IMG/VR virus record: IMGVR_UViG_2531839473_000007
Source: a virus
Lineage: Duplodnaviria > Heunggongvirae > Uroviricota > Caudoviricetes
DNA length: 5,878 nucleotides
Reading direction: 5' to 3' (one strand)
The translations under genes were made by a program, and so were the position numbers. Below, one piece after another: positions 1 through 4,987 of this stretch. How positions within the stretch are numbered: the stretch's first letter is position 1; every line of letters starts with the position of its first letter. The notes below the pieces were generated by a model. That model was not told the DNA's origin, made no database searches, and worked only from the letters and a program-made list of their open reading frames with translations.

Positions 1-43
1 CGGAGCAGACGCTCACGCTGTGCGATGATGTGCGGGCCTGCCG

Positions 44-1930
44 GTGTACGGGGAGATACCGTTTAACCCGAACACCCGTGAGGTGACGACGGCGTGCATC
101 AGCCTGTTCCGCTACCAGGCGCAGGTGCGGCCCTCGCAGGTGCGTTCAAAAGACCACACGTTTAAGGTGCCGGACTGGCCGGGTATTTACATTGAGGATG
201 CTGAAAACCTCAACGGGCAACTGAAGCAGTACAAAATCCTGGACTGGCCGGGGCGCTACAAGGACGAGCAGCATGGTCAGGACTTTACCCGCTACCGGCT
301 GGAAGGGCTGCGTAACAGTGCTGAAACCGCCACAGGTATCAGTAACTCCCCGGCGCTGTGGCCGGGACGGCGGTTCACCCTGACGGGGCATCCGGTACAG
401 GGAGCGAACCCGAACCGTGAGTGGCAGGTGGTGAGCAGCACGCTGACGGGGAGCCAGCCGCAGGCGCTGCACGGCAGTCACGGTGAAGGAACGACGCTGA
501 GTAACCAGTTTGAGGTGATACCGGCAGACAGGACGTGGCGTCACGCGCCGCTGCCGAAGCCGAAGGTGGACGGCCCGCAGAGTGCCATCGTGACCGGGCC
601 GAAGGGCGAGGAGATATTCTGCGACGAACATGGCCGGGTACGGGTGAAGTTTCACTGGGACCGTTATCACGGTATGACGGAGGAGAGTTCATGCTGGATA
701 CGGGTGTCGCAGGCGTGGGCGGGAGCGGGGTTCGGTAATCTGGCGATACCGCGTGTGGGTCAGGAAGTGATAGTGGACTTTCTGAACGGGGACCCGGACC
801 AGCCCATCGTCACGGGACGCACCTACCATGAGGACAACCGTTCACCGGGGGATTTACCGGGCACGAAGACGCAGATGACGATACGGTCGAAGACCTATAA
901 AGGAAGCGGATTTAACGAGCTGCGGTTTGAAGACGCCACGGGCGGTGAGCAGGTGTATATCCATGTGCAGAAGAACATGGACACGGAGGTGCTTCACGAC
1001 CGGACGACGGACGTGAAGCATGACCACACGGAGACCATCGGGAACAACCAGAAAATCACGGTGGGGCTGGGCCAGACGGTGACGGTGGGGAAAGAGAATG
1101 CCGGAGGGCATGACCAGACCATCACGGTGGCCCATGACCGGAGCATCACGGTGCGCAACGACCAGACGCTGAAGGTGACGAACGACCGGCGGGTGAACGT
1201 CAGCCACGATGACGGTCTGTACGTCAGAAACGACCGAAAGGTGACGGTGGAAGGGAAGCAGGAGCACAAAACGACAGGAAACCACATCAGCCTGGTGGAG
1301 GGAAAACACAGCCTGGAGGTGAAAGGCGACCTGGCGAGGAAGATTACCGGCGCGCTGGGAATGAAGGTCCGGGATGAAATCGTACTGGAGAGCGGCGGTA
1401 AAATCACCCTGAAGGTGGGCGGCTCGTTCGTTGTCGTTCATTCTGGTGGCGTGGATATTGCCGGGCCGAAGATAAACCTGAACGGCGGGGGCAGTGCGGG
1501 GACACCGGTGGGGACGATGCAGCCGGGTGTACTGGCGGCGCTGGCGGATGACGGGGGTGATGAAGAAGGCGAAGATGACGGGCAGGGCAATGGCGACTCC
1601 GGTGATGGAGAGGGGGGGGCCGGAGATGATGATAGTGGAAACGATTCGGACAATTCAGATGATGATGAAAAGGAAATTGTTTCTATTAGTTGGTCCTATG
1701 GTAACAATCGGACAAAAGTTCAGGATACATCCAGACACTATGTAGACCTCAATCTCCATGTGCAGACAAAAGGGTATAGTCCTGGGGAAAGTGTGTCCGT
1801 CGAAATAAAATATGATGACTTTGATGGTATGGAAAGATCTCTTGCTGTTAGCGGCACGGTAGATGAATCAGGTGAGATGGTTGTTGAGCAGGTTTTATCT
1901 GGGGCAGACGTCTGTACTTTAGATGAGTAG
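44..1930 (+). CDS. vgrG: T6SS spike protein VgrG (vgrG1), 3' portion with C-terminal extension. The open frame starts at GTG 44 after a TGA at 26-28, but the vgrG reading continues upstream in another frame (apparent 1-bp deletion near nt 30-32), so this is a frameshifted gene or a sequencing error.
   Basis: Translation carries VgrG core motifs (FKVPDWPGIYIEDAENLNGQ, YKDEQHGQDFTRYRLEGLRNSAETATG, FHWDRYHG, gp5-like beta-helix repeats such as VKHDHTETIGNNQKITVGLGQTVTVG). It aligns residue-by-residue with the vgrG2 N-terminal region at 5509-5878. Stop TAG at 1928-1930. Confidence 0.9.
   Translation: MYGEIPFNPNTREVTTACISLFRYQAQVRPSQVRSKDHTFKVPDWPGIYIEDAENLNGQLKQYKILDWPGRYKDEQHGQDFTRYRLEGLRNSAETATGISNSPALWPGRRFTLTGHPVQGANPNREWQVVSSTLTGSQPQALHGSHGEGTTLSNQFEVIPADRTWRHAPLPKPKVDGPQSAIVTGPKGEEIFCDEHGRVRVKFHWDRYHGMTEESSCWIRVSQAWAGAGFGNLAIPRVGQEVIVDFLNGDPDQPIVTGRTYHEDNRSPGDLPGTKTQMTIRSKTYKGSGFNELRFEDATGGEQVYIHVQKNMDTEVLHDRTTDVKHDHTETIGNNQKITVGLGQTVTVGKENAGGHDQTITVAHDRSITVRNDQTLKVTNDRRVNVSHDDGLYVRNDRKVTVEGKQEHKTTGNHISLVEGKHSLEVKGDLARKITGALGMKVRDEIVLESGGKITLKVGGSFVVVHSGGVDIAGPKINLNGGGSAGTPVGTMQPGVLAALADDGGDEEGEDDGQGNGDSGDGEGGAGDDDSGNDSDNSDDDEKEIVSISWSYGNNRTKVQDTSRHYVDLNLHVQTKGYSPGESVSVEIKYDDFDGMERSLAVSGTVDESGEMVVEQVLSGADVCTLDE
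1547..1675 (+). other. Acidic low-complexity linker inside vgrG1 (D/E/G/S/N-rich, about 43 codons) between the VgrG core and the C-terminal domain; contains a G8 homopolymer.
   Basis: Translation ADDGGDEEGEDDGQGNGDSGDGEGGAGDDDSGNDSDNSDDDEK. Nucleotide composition switches from GC-rich to AT-rich within this segment. Confidence 0.8.
1612..1619 (+). repeat. G8 homopolymeric tract inside the vgrG1 coding sequence (codons GAG GGG GGG GCC).
   Basis: Eight consecutive G read directly at 1612-1619. Confidence 0.9.
1676..1927 (+). other. VgrG1 C-terminal extension domain of unknown function (about 84 aa, AT-rich); candidate cargo or adaptor-binding module.
   Basis: Translation KEIVSISWSYGNNRTKVQDTSRHYVDLNLHVQTKGYSPGESVSVEIKYDDFDGMERSLAVSGTVDESGEMVVEQVLSGADVCTLDE follows the gp5-like repeats and acidic linker. 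Its composition matches the downstream AT-rich cassette, not the vgrG core. Confidence 0.5.
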
Positions 1931-2095
1931 TTGTTTGGTAATATATGGCTGATGTTGTTGAATAAGAATTATATGATTAGCTGATCATTTAGATGACAGA
2001 ATACATACTACTATGTTGTATTCACTTAAAGTCTGGCGATTGTTTACATGACAGTTTTACGTGATACTTATTCGTTGAATCAGTAAGGGCTTATT

Positions 2096-2236
2096 ATGGC
2101 AAAAAAAGTTACAGCTAGTGCGGGAAAACAAAAATCGACTGTTAATGTAAAAAGACCTGCATGGTCTGATGTATATGAAGGATATCCAAAAGTTAATGGA
2201 GGTACTGAAATTGAGAGTGATTTGCCTATGAAATAA
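2096..2236 (+). other. N-terminal segment (46 codons) of the tae4-like effector gene, ending at an in-frame TAA (2234-2236) and continuing in the same frame as ORF 2237-2662.
   Basis: ATG at 2096 with Shine-Dalgarno TAAGGG at 2084-2089 (6-nt spacer). Translation MAKKVTASAGKQKSTVNVKRPAWSDVYEGYPKVNGGTEIESDLPMK. Same frame as the downstream catalytic ORF, separated only by TAA. Confidence 0.5.
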
Positions 2237-2662
2237 TTGTTTACATCAATTTTTGGGCCTGATTATGATACTACGCAATTCAATAATGGTTGTGCTACAA
2301 GAGTATCTCTTGGATTACTTTCTGAAGGATTAAAAAGAGTGGGGGAAAGAGATATTGTTATTAGTGAAAAATCTCATATCCATTATGGGAAATCAATAGA
2401 GCCCGGAGCTGCAAGATTAAAAGATTTTCTGATAAAAATATGGGGAAATGCAGATTATGTCATTAAATATCCTCTAAGCTTTGACGATGTAAGCTCGGTA
2501 TTAAATGATAAAAAAGGTGTTTATATAATGGTTTATAAAAGACCTGCGGATCATGGTGGTGCTACGGGACATGCTACACTATGGACTGGTAACAGAGCCA
2601 TTGGCGGTAATGACCATGCTGATTCCAGTGCTTTTGCAATCTATTTTTGGGAATTGAAATAA
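2237..2662 (+). CDS. Tae4-like T6SS peptidoglycan amidase effector (papain-like Cys-His hydrolase), catalytic portion. Likely a pseudogene or disrupted gene, because the natural start and RBS lie upstream at 2096 beyond an in-frame TAA.
   Basis: Motifs NNGCATRVSLGL (candidate catalytic Cys) and GHATLWTGN (candidate catalytic His), followed by GGNDHAD, fit the Tae4-family pattern as recalled. Size and AT-rich composition suit an effector cassette. The only in-frame start before the Cys is TTG at 2237, with no RBS. Confidence 0.55.
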   Translation: MFTSIFGPDYDTTQFNNGCATRVSLGLLSEGLKRVGERDIVISEKSHIHYGKSIEPGAARLKDFLIKIWGNADYVIKYPLSFDDVSSVLNDKKGVYIMVYKRPADHGGATGHATLWTGNRAIGGNDHADSSAFAIYFWELK

Positions 2663-3096
2663 TGAAAGCTATATTTTTTATATTCTGTATTTTTTTTATG
2701 GGAAATTCATTGTTATATTCAGAGGCTAAAGCCAGTGAATCAGAAAGTACTCTGGATGATTATAAAATATTTACACTCGCTAAATGCATTACCAGTAATT
2801 ATGAAAAAATGGGGGTTGATTTTACAAAACTACCATTGAAAGATAACACTATGGGATTTATTGATATTGATGCTGGACTCGCTTTTTATCGAAATAAGGA
2901 TAGTGTTTTAGCATCTTTCATTAATAAAAAAACAGGGGGTTTTTACAGGCCAAAACAAACTAGTGGTGATTTAGCATCTTCAAATATGGTTATATACGAC
3001 TGCGTAAATTTTTATCATTCAAAAGAGTTGGGTGTATTTCTAAAAAAAATCATTCATGAGAGGACTGTCGAAATTGAGAGAAACGCACTCGAATAG
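2662..3096 (+). CDS. Periplasmic immunity protein candidate (Tai4-like by synteny) with an N-terminal signal peptide.
   Basis: ATG at 2662 overlaps the upstream stop (TAATG). Signal peptide MKAIFFIFCIFFMGNSLLYSEAKA, then a hydrophilic mature protein of about 120 aa. Sits immediately downstream of the amidase effector, as in effector-immunity pairs. The ORF-track start (TTG 2647) is less plausible than ATG 2662. Confidence 0.5.
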   Translation: MKAIFFIFCIFFMGNSLLYSEAKASESESTLDDYKIFTLAKCITSNYEKMGVDFTKLPLKDNTMGFIDIDAGLAFYRNKDSVLASFINKKTGGFYRPKQTSGDLASSNMVIYDCVNFYHSKELGVFLKKIIHERTVEIERNALE

Positions 3097-3271
3097 ATAA
3101 TTCTGGCGGTGACTTTGTTTTTTTTGGATGCAATGCAATATATAAAAATTGTATTTGTTCGAAAATAATATAAAATATCCGAGAAAAATATCATTCGCTA
3201 TTAAAGTGTCTAAGCGTTTTTACATAAGTACTTTACATCGTTTAGTTTAAAAACGCGGCTATCAATAAATG

Positions 3272-3288
3272 TCGCAAAGGATTTGCGA
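3272..3288. promoter_or_regulatory. Perfect 7-bp inverted repeat TCGCAAA-gga-TTTGCGA about 45 bp upstream of the PAAR start, in an AT-rich intergenic region; candidate operator or promoter element.
   Basis: Palindrome read directly. TTGCGA within it could serve as a -35-like hexamer, with TATACA about 19 bp downstream. No strong assignment. Confidence 0.25.
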
Positions 3289-3331
3289 TATAATTCAATA
3301 TGTAAATTATACAACACATAAGGAAATTTAT

Positions 3332-3616
3332 ATGCCCACAGCAGCCAGACTCAGCGATAAAGGCACCCAGCATGACGGTTATTATGAGACCGCCATTATT
3401 GCAGGCTCCTCCTCCGTCTTTATTGATGGTATGCCCGCCGCCCGTCAGGGCGATCCGCTGACACCGCATTCCAAACCCGACCATCCCCCTCACCCCCGTA
3501 AAATCGCAGGCGGCTCTGCCACTGTCTTTATTGACGGTAAACCTGCCGCCAGAACCGGCGATGCCATTGACTGTGGCGGCGTGGTTATCGGTGGCGGCAC
3601 GGTAAATATAGGCTGA
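3332..3616 (+). CDS. Stand-alone PAAR-domain protein (T6SS spike-sharpening tip), 94 aa.
   Basis: Three PAAR-type motifs (TAARLSD, PAARQGD, PAARTGD) with G/I-rich beta-strand spacers. Shine-Dalgarno AAGGAAA 6 nt before ATG 3332. Stop TGA at 3614-3616. The ORF-track upstream ATG at 3269 lacks an RBS, and the PAAR domain begins at Met 3332. Confidence 0.9.
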   Translation: MPTAARLSDKGTQHDGYYETAIIAGSSSVFIDGMPAARQGDPLTPHSKPDHPPHPRKIAGGSATVFIDGKPAARTGDAIDCGGVVIGGGTVNIG

Positions 3617-3705
3617 TTAATTATCAGGGAGGCTGTATGCCCTCAGAAGGATTACGTTTCACGCTGTCGGTGGCCGGCATTGTGGAGATGGCGACGGCGG
3701 TGGTC
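3612..3705 (+). repeat. Direct repeat copy 1 (about 94 bp, about 90 percent identical to 4898-4987): TGATTAAT junction, Shine-Dalgarno GGGAGG, and the first 23 codons of vgrG.
   Basis: Alignment by eye: gctgattaat..cagggagg..atgccctcagaaggattacgtttcacgctgtcggtggccggcattgtggagatggcgacggcggtggt versus the vgrG2 5' region. Confidence 0.9.
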
Positions 3706-4398
3706 GTAGAGGACGGCATATTTGGAAAAAATACATACGACGCAGTGAAAATATTTCAGCGGTATAATGGGTTAAATGATGATGGCATCGTAGGGCCACA
3801 AACCTGGCGGAAATTGGGTGTTCCTGAACTTTTAACGCGAAGTTCATCAGGCTCTCCCGCCAGCCCTTCTTCGGGGCCATCCCGGAGCCCTTCTGCTGAT
3901 TCAAATGGTACTGTTGCTGAGACTGGTGATGGATTCTGTTTCCCATTCCCTGCACTTCCTGCGAGATCGTGGACAAACGGCGGTCGTCAATTTGGGGCGT
4001 CACGCAGTGGGGGCCGCAGACATGCCGGTTGTGATTTGATATTCCCCCGAGGAACGCTTATTTATGCTGTTGCTGATGGCATATTAGTTCAGCCCCCATA
4101 TCCATTTTACGAAGGTACTTCTGCTGTAGAAATTAGACATGGCAACCTTCTCCTTCGCTATGGTGAAATTATTAATGGGTCATACGTAGGTGGGCAAACG
4201 GTTCAAAAAGGTCAGGTTATTGCTAAGGTAGGAAGGCTGCATTCGGGTTCATCTATGTTGCATCTGGAGATTTATACGAATGCGACCTTATCGGGTGACC
4301 TTACAGATCGCAACAGAGCGCCTTATCAAAGACGTTCTGATGTGACAGATCCTGCCCCATATCTGGATATCTGGAAAAATAACCTGCCTACCCTCTGA
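3637..4398 (+). CDS. Chimeric putative T6SS effector: vgrG-derived N-terminus (23 aa), then a partial peptidoglycan-binding (PG_binding_1-like) motif, a Ser/Pro-rich linker and an M23/LytM-like peptidase domain.
   Basis: N-terminus MPSEGLRFTLSVAGIVEMATAVV matches the vgrG2 start MSSEGLRFTLSVDGIVEMATAVV. DGIFGKNTYDAVKIFQRYNGLNDDGIVGPQTWRKLG matches the second half of the PG_binding_1 consensus. M23-like blocks: HAGCD (HxxxD), GTLIYAVADGILV, VEIRHGNLLLRYGEI, GQTVQKGQVIAKVG, SMLHLEIY, VTDPAPYL. Shine-Dalgarno GGGAGG precedes ATG 3637. Confidence 0.75.
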   Translation: MPSEGLRFTLSVAGIVEMATAVVVEDGIFGKNTYDAVKIFQRYNGLNDDGIVGPQTWRKLGVPELLTRSSSGSPASPSSGPSRSPSADSNGTVAETGDGFCFPFPALPARSWTNGGRQFGASRSGGRRHAGCDLIFPRGTLIYAVADGILVQPPYPFYEGTSAVEIRHGNLLLRYGEIINGSYVGGQTVQKGQVIAKVGRLHSGSSMLHLEIYTNATLSGDLTDRNRAPYQRRSDVTDPAPYLDIWKNNLPTL

Positions 4399-4417
4399 TG
4401 TTTAAGGAATCAATAAA

Positions 4418-4882
4418 ATGTTCAAAAAGATAATACTATTTTTAACGGTGATATCTTCGAGTTTTGTTGTTTGTCTTGCGGCTGATTCAGAAAAGATATT
4501 ATCAGTAGATCCTGTTGTGAATAATTTTGGCGTTGATGAAGTCGTAGGGTTGCCTCATCCTGTTTGTACTTTGAGTCTGGCTGAAAATAATGAGAAACAT
4601 CTTTATAATTATGTTGAGGGCGGTATCTGCCCTGTGGGCGGTGAAAGTTGTCCTTATTCAGCCGTCATAAAACTGAATGGCAAGATGGCGATATTAAAAC
4701 AGATATCGACAAATAAAAATATCAGTTTTTTTAAGAATGATGAGGTATCGATTATCACAACACAAAGCCCAGTTAAAGGAGCTGTGGTGGATGAAGAGGG
4801 TGGTGATGTGAATGCCGTTATTGTAATCAAAACAAAAAATAGCGAAATAAAACTTAATATGTCCGGGTACTGTGGTATTTAA
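4418..4882 (+). CDS. Putative periplasmic immunity protein for the M23-like effector (secreted, Cys-containing, no family recognised).
   Basis: Signal peptide MFKKIILFLTVISSSFVVCLA followed by ADSEK. Four Cys in the mature part (C50, C71, C78, C152). Shine-Dalgarno AAGGA 9 nt before ATG 4418. AT-rich. Immediately downstream of the effector. Confidence 0.5.
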   Translation: MFKKIILFLTVISSSFVVCLAADSEKILSVDPVVNNFGVDEVVGLPHPVCTLSLAENNEKHLYNYVEGGICPVGGESCPYSAVIKLNGKMAILKQISTNKNISFFKNDEVSIITTQSPVKGAVVDEEGGDVNAVIVIKTKNSEIKLNMSGYCGI

Positions 4883-4897
4883 AACCGGGCTATTATC

Positions 4898-4987
4898 GCT
4901 GATTAATCAAGGGAGGTCATATGTCCTCAGAAGGATTACGTTTCACGCTGTCGGTGGACGGTATTGTGGAGATGGCGACGGCAGTGG
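4898..4987 (+). repeat. Direct repeat copy 2: the authentic vgrG2 translation-initiation region and first 23 codons.
   Basis: Same alignment as copy 1; gctgattaat at 4898-4907, GGGAGG at 4911-4916, ATG at 4921. Confidence 0.9.

Noticed and set aside
146-1653. Minus-strand ORFs 146-670, 375-692, 854-1441, 994-1407, 1438-1653 and plus-strand ORFs 535-738 and 1494-1745
   Set aside because: All lie inside the GC-rich vgrG1 coding region in alternative frames. Their translations are Arg/Pro/Ser-rich, low-complexity shadow ORFs typical of high-GC DNA, with no RBS or recognisable domains.
1931-2095. Small ORFs or a promoter in the vgrG1 to tae4 intergenic region (for example a 23-codon ORF near 2002-2073; TTTACA at 2043-2048 as a -35 candidate)
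   Set aside because: The ORFs are very short with no RBS. Promoter-like hexamers are abundant in AT-rich DNA and spacing to a -10 is not convincing; not callable without transcript data.
2038-2249. 11-bp exact repeat ATTGTTTACAT at 2038-2048 and 2235-2245
   Set aside because: A short AT-rich repeat in an AT-rich region; chance occurrence is plausible and there is no flanking structure suggesting a regulatory or mobile element.
2647-2661. TTG at 2647 as the start of the immunity gene
   Set aside because: ATG at 2662 begins a canonical signal peptide and overlaps the upstream stop (TAATG coupling); the TTG extension adds 5 residues with no support.
3097-3130. Possible Rho-independent terminator after the tai4-like gene (T8 run at 3118-3125)
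   Set aside because: No convincing GC-rich stem-loop could be found immediately upstream of the T-run by eye; left uncalled.
3269-3331. Upstream ATG at 3269 as the PAAR start (ORF-track start)
   Set aside because: No Shine-Dalgarno precedes it, and the added 21 residues (MSQRICDIIQYVNYTTHKEIY) lie in AT-rich promoter-like DNA. The PAAR domain starts at Met 3332, which has a good RBS.
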